The notes beneath the pieces were generated by a model that searched no databases, was not told the origin of the DNA, and saw nothing but the letters and a program-made list of their open reading frames with translations. Of a stretch of DNA of 64,000 nt, positions 1-11,900 are shown in pieces. Every line of letters begins with the position of its first letter. Positions within the stretch are counted from its first letter, which is position 1. The DNA is taken from contig CAYPCX010000001.1 of the NCBI GenBank assembly GCA_964409365.1, forward strand, positions 684-64,683. Reading direction: 5' to 3'. The position numbers and the translations under genes are program-made. The stretch is from an uncultured Planctomycetia bacterium. GTDB lineage: Bacteria > Omnitrophota > Gorgyraeia > Tantalellales > Tantalellaceae.

Positions 1-1
1 C

Positions 2-658
2 ATAATCCTTGCCGACGAGATAAACAGGGCCCCGGCAAAGGTACAGAGCGCTCTTCTGGAGGCCATGCAGGAACGGCAGGTGACCATCGGGGAGAACACC
101 TTCAAACTGGACGAACCGTTCCTGGTGCTGGCCACGCAGAACCCGATAGAGCAGGAAGGCACGTATCCCCTGCCTGAAGCCCAGGTGGACCGCTTCATGC
201 TCAAGATCAACATCGGGTACCCCAACAGGGAAGAGGAACATAATATACTCAAGAGGATGGCCTACACCAACAAGGTCATCGAGGTGTCCCCGGTGGTATC
301 GCCCAAAAGGATACTCGAGGTCCGCAAGGTCATAGACGAGATATACATCGACGAGAAAATAGAGAAATACATCATCGATATCGTTTTCGCCACGCGCAAA
401 CCGAAAGATTACGGACTTGACGACCTGGAGGGGCTCATAGAGTACGGCGCGTCCCCCCGTGCCAGCATATACCTGGTCCTGGCGGCCAAGGCCTACGCGT
501 TCATCCAGAGGCGCGGGTACGTAACGCCGCAGGACATCAAGTCGATAGGTCCCGACATACTCAGGCACAGGGTCATACCGAGCTATGAGGCGGAAGCGGA
601 AGACAAGACGTCCGAAGACATCATACGGAGGGTTTTCGAGGAGGTGGAGGTTCCGTAA
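2..658 (+). CDS. MoxR-family AAA+ ATPase, C-terminal part (5' end lies outside the window)
   Basis: Frame is open from position 2. Translation [29 protein letters not shown]...[27 protein letters not shown] is the classic MoxR sensor-2 / C-terminal region. It is followed by DUF58 and vWA genes, the canonical Bat operon order. Confidence 0.9.
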   Translation: MILADEINRAPAKVQSALLEAMQERQVTIGENTFKLDEPFLVLATQNPIEQEGTYPLPEAQVDRFMLKINIGYPNREEEHNILKRMAYTNKVIEVSPVVSPKRILEVRKVIDEIYIDEKIEKYIIDIVFATRKPKDYGLDDLEGLIEYGASPRASIYLVLAAKAYAFIQRRGYVTPQDIKSIGPDILRHRVIPSYEAEAEDKTSEDIIRRVFEEVEVP

Positions 659-662
659 CTGA

Positions 663-718
663 GGTTCTGGGGACACGTTCCCGTAACGACATGTAGACGA
701 GGGAACATGTCCCCAGAA
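663..718 (+). repeat. Hairpin element family 1, copy 1 (ggttctggggacacg...catgtagacgag...acatgtccccagaa) between moxR and the DUF58 gene
   Basis: Imperfect 14-bp inverted repeat with a conserved loop, followed by aatatat(a)tt(t)tt and a start codon. The second copy at 8848-8904 is nearly identical. Confidence 0.8.
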
Positions 719-734
719 TATATATTTTTATGCC

Positions 735-1616
735 ATGATTCCAAAAGAAATAATACGGAAGATTCGCAGGATACAGATAACGACCTCGCGGAAGGTTACC
801 GATGTCTTTGCGGGCCAGTACCAGAGCGTCTTCAAGGGGCTCGGCATGGAATTCGACGAGGTCCGCGAGTACACCCCGGGAGACGAGATACGGTCCATCG
901 ATTGGAACGTTACCGCCCGCATGGGGCACCCGTACGTCAAGGTGTTCGTGGAGGAGCGGGAACTCACCATCATGATACTTCTGGACGTGTCCATGTCCCA
1001 GCGTTTCGGCACTACCGGTCGCGTTAAGAGCGAACTCGCGGCGGAGCTCTGTTCGGTGATAGCGTTCTCGGCCATCCAGAACCACGACAAGGTAGGGATG
1101 CTGACGTTCACGGACAGGGTGGAGAAGCTCATACCTCCCAGGAAGGGTATACGGCACGTCCTGAGGGTCATCCGGGAAGCCCTTTACAACAGGCCGCAGG
1201 GGACGGGGACCGACATAAATACCGTTCTGGAGCATCTTAACCGGGTCACGACCAGGAGGACGATCACGTTCGTGATATCGGATTTTTTCGCGCCCGAGTT
1301 CAAGAAAAAACTTTCAATAACGAATAAGCGCCATGATGTCATAGCGGTAACTATCACGGATCCATCCGAGATCGAGCTTCCCGACGCGGGCATCATAAAG
1401 CTGCATGACGCCGAAACGGGGGAACCTTACGTGATAGATTCCTCGGACGTTCAGGTAAGGAAAACCTACGAGGAGCGTGCGCGTAAGATAATGCAAGAGC
1501 GGAAGGAGCTTTTCCGTTCGATCAGTGTGGACAATATCGATATCAGGACCGACCAGTCGTATGTGGAACCCCTTATACGGTTCTTCAGGATGAGGGAGAG
1601 GCGGTTAAGACGGTGA
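735..1616 (+). CDS. DUF58 domain protein (MoxR-associated)
   Basis: The translation has the DUF58 hallmark segment FKGLGMEFDEVREYTPGDEIRSIDWNVTARMGHPYVKVFVEERE. It sits immediately after moxR, as in other MoxR–DUF58–vWA systems. Confidence 0.85.
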   Translation: MIPKEIIRKIRRIQITTSRKVTDVFAGQYQSVFKGLGMEFDEVREYTPGDEIRSIDWNVTARMGHPYVKVFVEERELTIMILLDVSMSQRFGTTGRVKSELAAELCSVIAFSAIQNHDKVGMLTFTDRVEKLIPPRKGIRHVLRVIREALYNRPQGTGTDINTVLEHLNRVTTRRTITFVISDFFAPEFKKKLSITNKRHDVIAVTITDPSEIELPDAGIIKLHDAETGEPYVIDSSDVQVRKTYEERARKIMQERKELFRSISVDNIDIRTDQSYVEPLIRFFRMRERRLRR

Positions 1617-2584
1617 CGGTCGAAAATTTAAAATTGGAAATGAAAAATTCAAAATTGCGGTATCTTTTTCCGGTTGTGATCCTGTTGCTGGCGGTCTCGT
1701 TCGCACAAGCCGCGGAAGAACGCCAGATGGATATCACCGCCGGCATAGAAAACAAAGAGGTCTATGTAGGCGACAGGATTAAGCTTAACGTCATCGCGGA
1801 GGGTGTGTCCGGATACGAATTGGATTTCCCGGAAGCCCCCGAGAAACCGGGTGAATTCAGTTTCGTGGAATCGTATCCCCTGAGAAAACGCGGGAGGTCC
1901 GCCGGCCGGGTGTACGTGATGAGCATCTATACTACGGGTACGCATGTCATCCCGCCGGTCGAGGTGAAGTACCGCAGGAAAGGGGAAAGCGATTGGCGCA
2001 TTACCCAAAGCCCGCAGGTGCCCGTAGAGATCCTGAGCCTTCTAACGGACGAGGATGACGATATAGTAGGGGTCAAGGGGCTGGTCGCCATAGGGTCTAT
2101 CCTGCCCGGGGTGATCTTTACCTTCCTGGCCGTTTTTGTGATAGCCGTTCTTGTGTTCTATTTTTTCCGGCGCAGAAAGACAGCGTGGGAACGCCTGGAA
2201 GCCATGAGGGTCAAATCCGCGCATGAGATAGCTTATGAACAGCTGAAGCGGCTTAAGAAGGAGGACCTGCCTCACAAGGGCAGGATAAACGAATATTACG
2301 TGAGGCTTTCGGATATCGTCCGCCGTTATCTGGAGAACAGGTTCTCTTACCGGGTCCCCGAGATGACCACGGAGGAGTTCATGGAGACGATAAAGGAAGC
2401 GCCCGAATTGACGGAAGAACACAAGAAACTTTTGAAGAATTTCCTGTCCCATTGTGACATGGTCAAGTTCGCCAAATACGGGCCCACACCGCTCGAGATG
2501 CTAGATAGCTTCCGTGCGGCGGAGGACCTCGTCGACCAGACGAAGTATGTAGAGGAAGCAAAAGACATGGAGAGCGAAGGATGA
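1613..2584 (+). CDS. Bat-operon membrane protein (DUF4381-like position; signal peptide plus central TM)
   Basis: N-terminal hydrophobic signal and a TM around residues 165-190 followed by a basic stretch. It lies between the DUF58 and batA genes, where a DUF4381 protein sits in characterised Bat operons. The start overlaps the upstream stop by 4 nt. Confidence 0.5.
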   Translation: MTVENLKLEMKNSKLRYLFPVVILLLAVSFAQAAEERQMDITAGIENKEVYVGDRIKLNVIAEGVSGYELDFPEAPEKPGEFSFVESYPLRKRGRSAGRVYVMSIYTTGTHVIPPVEVKYRRKGESDWRITQSPQVPVEILSLLTDEDDDIVGVKGLVAIGSILPGVIFTFLAVFVIAVLVFYFFRRRKTAWERLEAMRVKSAHEIAYEQLKRLKKEDLPHKGRINEYYVRLSDIVRRYLENRFSYRVPEMTTEEFMETIKEAPELTEEHKKLLKNFLSHCDMVKFAKYGPTPLEMLDSFRAAEDLVDQTKYVEEAKDMESEG

Positions 2585-3585
2585 TACGCCTGGCGAACCC
2601 CTGGGTACTGTTTCTGGCAGTGCTTATACCTCTTCTGGTATATCTGGTAGAGAAGTTCGAGAGGCGTTTCCAGGGCACGTTCCGTTTCTCCAACAAGGAT
2701 CTCGTGAGCGACATGAAACCTTCATGGCGCGTGACGCTGGTGCACAACATGTCATACATGCGCGCGGCGGCGCTGCTGTTTTTTATTTTAGCCGTGTCCA
2801 GGCCGCAGGCGGTCCTGGAAGAAACGCGGATCCACGTGGAGGGTATCGACATAGTGCTCGCGGTGGACACCTCGAGCAGCATGCTTGCCATGGATTTCGA
2901 AATGGGAGGCAAAAGGTTCAACCGCCTTGACGTGGTAAAGAACGTCGTCGAGGTCTTTATCGACAAAAGGCCCAATGACAGGATAGGCCTGGTGGCGTTC
3001 TCGGCGCTCGCCTATACAGTGTGCCCGTTAACGCTTGATCATGACTGGCTGGAAAAGAACCTGGAAAGGGTCAGGATAGGGCTGATAAAGGACGGTACGG
3101 CCATCGGATCCGCGATAAGCGCTTCGCTTAACCGGTTAAAGGACAGCGAAACGAAGGAAAAGATCATAATACTGCTTACCGACGGCCGGAACAACGCCGG
3201 CAGGATCTCGCCGATGGCGGCGGCCGAAGCCGCCAGGGCCCTGGGGGTAAGGATATACACGATAGGCGCCGGGACAAAAGGGCTCGCGCCGTATCCGGTC
3301 AAGGACATGTTCGGCAATACGGTCCTGAGGCCGGTGAAGATAGAGATAGACGATGCTCTGCTGAAAAACATCGCGAAGACAACGGACGGGATGTATTTCA
3401 GGGCGACGGATACCGAATCACTGTGGGATATATTTACCGAAATAGACAAGCTTGAGAAGACACCAATGGAAGAGACGGGATACAACACATACAGGGAGCT
3501 TTTCGGATATCTGTTGATACCGGGTCTTTTGATACTGTTTGGTGAAATAGTCCTGTCGAACACGGTCTTTAGGAGGATACCGTAG
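2581..3585 (+). CDS. batA: BatA-like von Willebrand factor A domain membrane protein
   Basis: N-terminal TM followed by a vWA domain with MIDAS motif (LAVDTSSSM...ILLTDGRNNAG). The start overlaps the upstream stop by 4 nt (translational coupling). Confidence 0.8.
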   Translation: MIRLANPWVLFLAVLIPLLVYLVEKFERRFQGTFRFSNKDLVSDMKPSWRVTLVHNMSYMRAAALLFFILAVSRPQAVLEETRIHVEGIDIVLAVDTSSSMLAMDFEMGGKRFNRLDVVKNVVEVFIDKRPNDRIGLVAFSALAYTVCPLTLDHDWLEKNLERVRIGLIKDGTAIGSAISASLNRLKDSETKEKIIILLTDGRNNAGRISPMAAAEAARALGVRIYTIGAGTKGLAPYPVKDMFGNTVLRPVKIEIDDALLKNIAKTTDGMYFRATDTESLWDIFTEIDKLEKTPMEETGYNTYRELFGYLLIPGLLILFGEIVLSNTVFRRIP

Positions 3586-4602
3586 ATGAGGTTCGGCGCT
3601 CCGTATATGATGGTATGGTTCTGGACCGTGCTGGCGCTCATTATATTCTACGTGCTGGCGGGACGGGCCCGGGAAAAAGCTCTCAGGCGGTTTGCCGGTG
3701 ATAATATACTGCCTGAGATAGCCGCTTCTTATGACACGGGCAAAAGAAAGCTCAGGAACATCATGATGGTCTTTGCCGTCCTGTTCCTGGTGACGGCCCT
3801 CGTGCGTCCTCAATGGGGGTTCCAGTGGCAGGAAGTGAAAAGGCGCGGCATCGACATACTTATCGCCCTCGATACGTCCAACAGTATGCTGGCGGAAGAC
3901 GTGCTTCCCAGCCGGCTCGACAGGGCCAAGCTCGGGATCAAGGACCTTATAAAAGAGCTTAAGGGCGACAGGATGGGTCTTATTGTTTTTTCCGGCACGG
4001 CGTTCCTGCAATGTCCGCTCACGGTGGATTATGACGGGTTCCTGCTCACGCTTGACGACGTGGACGTGGACACGATACCCGTAGGGGGAACGTCTCTTTC
4101 GAAGGCGATATACACGGCCATCAACAGTTTTGAGGAGTCGCAGACGAAAGACCAGGAGAAGATACTTATTATTATCACCGACGGCGAAGACCTTGAAGGC
4201 GGAGTGGAAAAAGCCGTCGAGAGGGCGAAAGCGAACGGGGTAACGATATTCTGTGTCGGCATAGGCACAAAAGAAGGCGAACTTATACCCAGTTTCGGCA
4301 AGTCCGGCAAATTTGAATTTCTAAAGGACGCCGAAGGTAACGTGGTGAAAACGAAGCTCGATGAGGAACGCTTGCAGAGGATAGCTCTTGAGACGGGAGG
4401 CATGTATGTCCGCGCGACCGGCGCCGAATTCGGCCTGGACCTTATTTACAAAGAAAGATTGTCTAAACTGCAGAAGCAGGAGTTCGAGGCCAGGATGGAA
4501 AAAAGGTACCATGAGAGATTCCAGATCCCCCTGGGCATAGCTATCTTCCTGCTTTTTCTCGAACCTTTGATAGGGGACAGGAGGAGAGGAGCGTCATTGT
4601 AG
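3586..4602 (+). CDS. batB: BatB-like vWA domain membrane protein
   Basis: vWA domain with MIDAS motif (IALDTSNSM...IIITDGEDLEG) and N-terminal TMs. It starts 1 nt after the batA stop. Confidence 0.8.
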   Translation: MRFGAPYMMVWFWTVLALIIFYVLAGRAREKALRRFAGDNILPEIAASYDTGKRKLRNIMMVFAVLFLVTALVRPQWGFQWQEVKRRGIDILIALDTSNSMLAEDVLPSRLDRAKLGIKDLIKELKGDRMGLIVFSGTAFLQCPLTVDYDGFLLTLDDVDVDTIPVGGTSLSKAIYTAINSFEESQTKDQEKILIIITDGEDLEGGVEKAVERAKANGVTIFCVGIGTKEGELIPSFGKSGKFEFLKDAEGNVVKTKLDEERLQRIALETGGMYVRATGAEFGLDLIYKERLSKLQKQEFEARMEKRYHERFQIPLGIAIFLLFLEPLIGDRRRGASL

Positions 4603-4611
4603 CAAGTATCA

Positions 4612-4634
4612 AGGAAAAAGGAAAAAGGAAAAAG
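4612..4634 (+). repeat. Heptamer array (ggaaaaa) x 3 between batB and batC
   Basis: aaggaaaaaggaaaaaggaaaaag. The same motif family appears at 7830-7860 and, reverse-complemented, at 13010-13040. Confidence 0.7.
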
Positions 4635-4645
4635 TATCGGGTGGT

Positions 4646-5911
<1,266 letters not shown>

Positions 5912-5917
5912 CGGGTA

Positions 5918-7786
5918 ATGACAAATAACAAAATTCAAATGACAAAAATACCGGCCATATTTCTTGCCATATTCCTTCTTTTTGGGGGGTATGCGTTCTG
6001 CCAGGATCGGCTTGAGGCGGAACTCGAGATGAGCCATGTGTCCGTGGGCAATCCCCTGTATCTTTATCTGACCTTTCATGGAGCGCAGGATGTGAAAGCG
6101 CCGGAAGTCCCCCCGATGGACGGCCTGAAAATAAAATATGTCGGACCTTCGACCAAGATCACGGTCATAAACGGCAAGGTCTCAAAGTCAGTGACACATA
6201 CGTACCTGATATTCCCGACAAAATCGGGAGAGTTCACCATAGGTCCTTTTTTCGCCGATCATAATGGTGAGATGTACAAGGCTGATACCGTGGATCTGGC
6301 GGTCAACCAGACGCCCGGTTCTTCCAGGGGGAGCGGAGCGACTTCTCCCGGCCCTTCCATCACGTCTTCTTCCGGGGGGAATGAACCGCCGGCGGAGCCT
6401 TACGTGAGCGACAGGGTATTCCTGGTGATGGAAGTCGACAAACGCGAGGTGTACATAAATGAGGTCATTTCGCTTACGTTGAAGTTATACGTCAACCAGA
6501 TGGGGCTCAAAAACATAGAATATCCGGTCATCCCGCATGAAGGGTTCTCGGCCGGGGGCTTTGGTGAGCCTCAAAGAAGCTGGGAGATGTTCCGAGGGAC
6601 CAGGTATGACGTCCTGGTCTTCAGGCAGGACATTTTCGGCATAAAAGAAGGCGATTATGTCCTGGGGCCGGCCAGGATGAAATGCACGCTTATGATACGA
6701 AGCGGGTCCGCGAGACGTTCAGCGCGTTTCGGTATAAGCATATTCGATGACGATTTTTTCTCAAGCAGGTTCAACTATAAATCCTACCCGATCGAGCTGC
6801 TGTCCGAAGAGATACCCGTTGTGATATTGCCCGTTCCGAAAAAAGGAAAACCGGCTGATTACCAGGGCGGCGTAGGCGATTTCACGCTGGACGTGGATGT
6901 GGAGCCAAAAAATGTCAAGGTAGGTGATCCGATAACCGTGCGGATGACCATCGGCGGAAGGGGGAACCTGGATACGGTGACCGCTCCGACTTTCGGCTCG
7001 CTCGATGGATTCAAGACATATGAACCACAGGTGTCCAAGAAAGGTTACCAGAAGACATACGAGCAGGTCCTGATACCGAAAACGGCTGATATCAAGGAAG
7101 TGCCGGAGGTATCATTGAGCTTTTTCAACCCGCACACGAAGAAGTACGAAACGCTGCGTAAAGGCCCGTTCAAGATAGAGGTCGTAAAAGGACCCGAGAC
7201 GGAAGCGGCGGTGAAGATGGTGGCCATGCCGGGAACGGAGAAGGTATTCTATCCCGAGGAGAAGTTCGGAGAGGACATAATCCATATAAAAGAGAATATC
7301 GGCCGGCTGGACCGTAAGGATTCCTGCCTTTACAGTAATCCCGTTTTCTGGGGCGGGCAGGTCCTGCCGCTGGTGATATTCGCGGTCTTTTTTGTCCAGT
7401 ACAGGGAAAAGCAAAGGATACGTACCGACGAAAGTTACGCGCGTTTTCTGAAAGCCCCCCGGAAGGCCCGAAAAGGTATTGCAAGGGCAGGGGCGTATCT
7501 CGCCAAAGGCGATGAGACGGCTTTTTACGATACTATCTTCAAAACGCTCCAGGATTACCTGGGAGGGAGGTTCGGTCTTCCCAAGGGGAGCGTGACAAGC
7601 CAAATAGTGGATGAAAAGCTCCGCCCGGCGGGTTGTGACGAAGACATGATGGATATGCTTCGCGATGTTTTTTCCAAATGCGAGGTGGCGCGTTACGCGT
7701 CTTTTATACCCGGCGAGGGGGACACCGCGAAAGTCCTTGAAGAAGTGAAAAAAGTAATAGTTTATCTGGAGAGGATCAGGTTGTAG
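5918..7786 (+). CDS. batD: BatD-like protein (oxygen-tolerance family; N-terminal signal, C-terminal TM)
   Basis: 622 aa with a signal peptide, a large extracytoplasmic beta-rich region and a single TM near residue 480 followed by a cytosolic tail. Size, topology and position match BatD. Confidence 0.7.
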   Translation: MTNNKIQMTKIPAIFLAIFLLFGGYAFCQDRLEAELEMSHVSVGNPLYLYLTFHGAQDVKAPEVPPMDGLKIKYVGPSTKITVINGKVSKSVTHTYLIFPTKSGEFTIGPFFADHNGEMYKADTVDLAVNQTPGSSRGSGATSPGPSITSSSGGNEPPAEPYVSDRVFLVMEVDKREVYINEVISLTLKLYVNQMGLKNIEYPVIPHEGFSAGGFGEPQRSWEMFRGTRYDVLVFRQDIFGIKEGDYVLGPARMKCTLMIRSGSARRSARFGISIFDDDFFSSRFNYKSYPIELLSEEIPVVILPVPKKGKPADYQGGVGDFTLDVDVEPKNVKVGDPITVRMTIGGRGNLDTVTAPTFGSLDGFKTYEPQVSKKGYQKTYEQVLIPKTADIKEVPEVSLSFFNPHTKKYETLRKGPFKIEVVKGPETEAAVKMVAMPGTEKVFYPEEKFGEDIIHIKENIGRLDRKDSCLYSNPVFWGGQVLPLVIFAVFFVQYREKQRIRTDESYARFLKAPRKARKGIARAGAYLAKGDETAFYDTIFKTLQDYLGGRFGLPKGSVTSQIVDEKLRPAGCDEDMMDMLRDVFSKCEVARYASFIPGEGDTAKVLEEVKKVIVYLERIRL

Positions 7787-7789
7787 GTT

Positions 7790-7870
7790 TCAAAAGACAG
7801 AGGGAAGTGTCAGAGTAACAAGGAAAAAGGATAAAGGATAAAGTAGCAAGGGACAAGGAAAAAGTGTCGG
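7790..7870 (+). repeat. Low-complexity module block (gtgtcagag / ggaaaaaggataaaggataaag type)
   Basis: Purine-rich heptamer-like motifs. The reverse complement (ctttatcctttatcctttttcc) occurs at 15060-15080. Confidence 0.7.
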
Positions 7871-7884
7871 GGACAGGTTACAAT

Positions 7885-7976
7885 GTTGGATCTTTGATTG
7901 CAAAGAGCTAAGTGCATAGAGCAAAGAATTACAGTTTTACGCTGTACGCTATGCCCTTTGCGCTATGCTTTTTTCA
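7885..7976 (+). repeat. Core repeat family 3, copy 1 (contains hairpin gcatagagcaaag...ctttgcgctatgc)
   Basis: About 90 nt, at least 90% identical to 14955-15053. Internal 13-bp inverted repeat with a 29-nt loop, followed by a T-run. Flanked by heptamer arrays. Confidence 0.8.
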
Positions 7977-8043
7977 CGGGTTACTGGAAACTGGTTGCTG
8001 GTGTCAGAAGACAGAGGACAGAGGACAGAGGATAGAAGACAGA
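7977..8043 (+). repeat. Low-complexity module block (ggttactggaaactggtt + (acagagg)n)
   Basis: Same ggttactggaaactggtt motif as at about 34305-34325, and the same gtgtcagaagacag motif as at 34106. Confidence 0.7.
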
Positions 8044-8834
8044 TGATAGGACGGAAAACAATACTGCGAATATGCGTGATCACGGGGTTATTTCTTTTTG
8101 CGGCGTGTACCTGTCACGGAGCGGGTGAAGACCGCGAAGCGAAAGTAAGTCCCGAGCGGCTTTTCGGAAGAGGTAACGACTACTACGAAAAAGGCGAATA
8201 TGACAAAGCCGCGGAAGAATACGGCAAGGTACTGGCTGAAGGCTATGAAAGCGGACCGCTTTATTTCAATCTGGGTAACGCGTACTTCAAGGACGGGAAG
8301 CTGGGGGAAGCCATACTGAATTATAAGCGCGCTAAACGGTTAATGCCGCGCGATGCCGATCTTAACGCGAACCTGAGATTCGCCCGGGCGAAGGTAAAAG
8401 GCGGGCAGCTGCGCGCGAAAGGTATATGGAAATGGCGACCTTTAAGGATGTATGCGGGAAACCTTACTGTCAACGAGCTTTTGTGGTTGTCTTCGGGTAT
8501 GTATCTTTTTATAGTGGTCCTTTTGTTTATGTCCGTGGTGTTCGCGGGCAAGAGGCGTTTCCTGACCTCGGTCGCGGTGCTGGCGGCCGTTATGGTACTT
8601 TTGAATTCCGCCGTGGCCTTCCGGAAAATAAACGTAGAACGCAAGATGGCCGTTGTCGTCGTGCCGAGCGTGGACGCGAAATTCGGACCGTTCGAGACGG
8701 CAACGAAGTTCTTCAATCTGGACGAGGGGATGATCGTGCTGGTAGTCGCTAAAAAAGACGATTGGCGCAAGGTAGAGCGGTCGGACGGTAAGACGGGTTG
8801 GGTGAAAGCGAACGAAGTGGAGAAGGTGCGGTAA
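8044..8834 (+). CDS. batE: BatE-like TPR + SH3b domain protein
   Basis: TPR repeats (YYEKGEYDKAAEEY...YFNLGNAYFKDGKLGEAILNYKRA), two TMs and a C-terminal SH3-like segment (DEGMIVLVVAKKDDWRKVERSDGKTGWVKANEV). The ORF-track start at 7965 is an artefact of translating a repeat element; the first plausible start is the ATG at 8044. Confidence 0.7.
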
Positions 8835-8847
8835 AACAGGGAATGGA

Positions 8848-8904
8848 GGTTCTGGGGACACGTCTGTGTAGGAGGCATGTAGACGAGCAGACATGTCCCC
8901 AGAA
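8848..8904 (+). repeat. Hairpin element family 1, copy 2, between batE and metH
   Basis: Same sequence as 663-718 with a few substitutions. The two copies bracket the DUF58-to-BatE block. Confidence 0.8.
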
Positions 8905-8913
8905 TATATTATT

Positions 8914-11900
8914 ATGAATAATTCATTACGAGAGAAACTCAAGACGGATCTGGTGCTTCTGGACGGGGCATTCGGCACTTACATCCAGTCGTTCGGCCTG
9001 GCCGACGCTGATTTCCGAGATAAACCCGGTTGCATGGAATATCTTGCTTTTACCCGGGCCGATCTTATAGGCAAGGTCCACGGCGATTATCTCGAGGCCG
9101 GAAGCGACGCAGTGGAGACGAATACTTTCGGGGCGAATGCCGTGAAGCTCGCCGAGTATGGTTTAGCCGGGGACGTGTACGACGTGAACCTTACGGCGAC
9201 CAGACTGGCCAGGAACGTGGCCGATGATTTTTCGACGTCTTCAAGGCCGAGATATGTGATAGGTACTATGGGGCCCACGGGAAAACTTCCCTCGTCCCTG
9301 GATCCGGTGCTGGGAAATATCGCTTATGACGAGCTTAAGGCGATATTCCGCGATCAGGCTCTTGGTATTATCGACGGCGGCGCGGACGCGTTACTGGTAG
9401 AGACCGGCCAGGACCTCCTAGAGATGAAGGCCGCCGTAAGCGGCGCGAAAGAGGCCATGGAACGGAAAAAGAAGGACCTTGTGCTCATGGCTCAATGCAC
9501 GCTCGCGAATAACGGGCGCATGCTGCTGGGTACGGAGATGTCAGCGGTGGCCGCAGTGATGGGATATCTCGGGGTCGACGTAGTAGGTCTGAACTGCAGT
9601 ACGGGTCCGGTGGAGATGGAAGGGGTTTTGCGTTACCTGAAAGACCACTGTCCCGTTCATGTGTCATGCGTTCCGAACGCGGGTCTGCCCGTCGAGGTGG
9701 ACGGGAAAGCAGAATATCCTATGAAGCCCGGCCAGATGGCGGATATAATGGCGCGTTTCGTAAAAAAGTACCAGCTGGACGTTATAGGGGGCTGCTGCGG
9801 CACCAATCCCGAGCACATAAAGCACATACGTGAGGCGATCAAAAGCGTGAAAAAACGGGAACCCGCCCCCGGCCGTCTTTTCGCTTCTTTTTACCAGGGG
9901 TTCGACCTGGACAGCATCGAGCGCCCGGTGAAGGTCGGCGAACGTATCAATACCCAAGGCTCGAGGAAGATGAAGGAGCTGCTGGTAAACGAGGATTACG
10001 ACGGTATTATCGAGCTGGGTAAGGAGCAGCAAAGGGCCGGGTCCGAGATCATAGACGTCTCTTGCGTCCTCACGGAAAGACACACTGAAAAAAGGGACGC
10101 CTGTTTGCTCACCAGGCGTCTTGCCGAAAGCGTTCAGGTCCCCCTCATGGTGGATTCGACGGATACCGCGGTGATAGAAGAAGCGCTCCGTAACTACCCC
10201 GGGACCGCTTTCATCAATTCAGCGAATCTCGAGGACGGAGGCGAAAAAGCGCGGAAGATATTCTCGCTGGCAAAAGAGCACGCTTCCTTTGTCGTTAATC
10301 TCGTGATAGACGAAAAGGGAATGGCCAGAGATGTTGAGCGTAAACTGGAGATAGCTGGCCGGCTGTACGACATGGCCGTGAAAGAATATTCCCTGGAACC
10401 GCACAGGCTGCTTTTCGACATGCTGACTTTCACCCTCGGTACGGGAGAAAAAGAGTACCGGGATTCTGCCGTGAACATCTTTGAAGCCATAAAGAGATTA
10501 AAAGAGAAGCACCCCGGGATCCTCACGGTCCTGGGCGTGAGCAACATATCTTTCGGTCTCCGGAAGGAAGCGCGCAGGGTGATCAACATGGTATTCCTTC
10601 ACCATGCCGTCAAAGCGGGTCTGGATATGGCTATCGTCAATCCGGCGGAATACGTCGAATACGGCAAGATCCCGGCGAAAGACAGGAAAATGGCGGAAGA
10701 CCTTATCTTCAACAGAGATGAGGAGGCGCTGCATCGTCTGGTAGAGCATTTCGCCGCTAAAAAGCCCGCCGGACCGGCAGTGGCGGGACCCGGGAAGAAG
10801 CCGGCCATGAGGGTCGAAGAAAGATTGAAAAGGTGCGTGTTCGACAGGGATAAGACCGGTATCATCCCGCTCGTGGACGAGGCTTTGAAGAGGATACCTC
10901 CCGAAGAGATAATAAACGGCGTACTCATGGACGCCATGAAAGAAGTGGGTGAGAGACTGGATAGCGGCGAGACGGTCCTTCCGTACGTTCTGCAGTCGGC
11001 TGAGGTGATGCGCAAGGCCATAGAACACCTCGAGGACTTTATCCCGAAAGAGACCGTGCAAAAGCGCGGAAAAGTGCTCCTGGCCACGGTATTCGGAGAC
11101 GTGCATGATATAGGCAAGAACCTGGTGAAGATGGTGCTTGAGAACAACGGTTTCACCGTCATAGACCTGGGCAAACAGGTCCCGGTGGACAGGATAGTGG
11201 AAGAAGCCGGGAAGAACAAAGTGGACGCCGTGGGCCTCAGCGCGCTCCTTGTTTCCACCGCGCGCCACATGAAGACGTGCGTGCAGTCGATGCACGACGC
11301 GGGGCTCGAGTATCCTCTCATCCTCGGCGGGGCGCCCGTGAACGAACGTTTCGCTAAAGAAGCTTCGGCACTTGATGATGAGAGTGTTTACAGGGGAGGG
11401 GTATTCTACGCCAGGGACGCTTTTACGGGGCTGAAGATAATGCAGGCGCTTATGGATTCCGGGAAAAGAAAAGAGGCGATGGATGCCTATTTCAGGCATA
11501 CAGAGAAGGAAATAGCCGGACATGAAAAGGCGCCGGCCGGGATGAAAAGACCTTCCGGGAAGGCTCCCGCTGAAGTGCCGGCCGCGCCGTTCTATGGGGT
11601 GCGGCCCCTTTCGAGTATACCCGCGGATGAGGTCTTCGACCTGCTTGACGAAAGAGCGCTTTTCGAGTCGTCATGGGGCGCGAAGCTCAAGGACGGCAAA
11701 GAGAAACGCCGCGTGATCGAAAAAGAATTCCGGCCGCTTCTCGCGGAACTGAAAGAGGAATCCCTGCGCAAGGGATGGCTGGACCTCAAGGCCGTTTACG
11801 GGTATTTCAGCTGCCGGGTTAAAGACGAAGAGATGGGCGTTGTGGATGAATCCGGCAAGGTCTTGGAGACATTTCATCTAGAGCGCTCGAAAGACGAAAA

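Noticed and set aside
7965-8043. ORF-track N-terminal extensions at 7965, 8893, 15028, 21402, 39194, 49009 and 52561
   Set aside because: The extensions translate intergenic repeat or hairpin elements (e.g. MSPEYI from acatgtccccagaatat; MLFSRVTGNWLL from a heptamer module) or overlap the preceding gene. Downstream ATGs with better context were chosen.
10498-11523. 341-aa and 240-aa minus-strand ORFs inside metH
   Set aside because: Fully antisense to a high-confidence 1134-aa metH reading frame.
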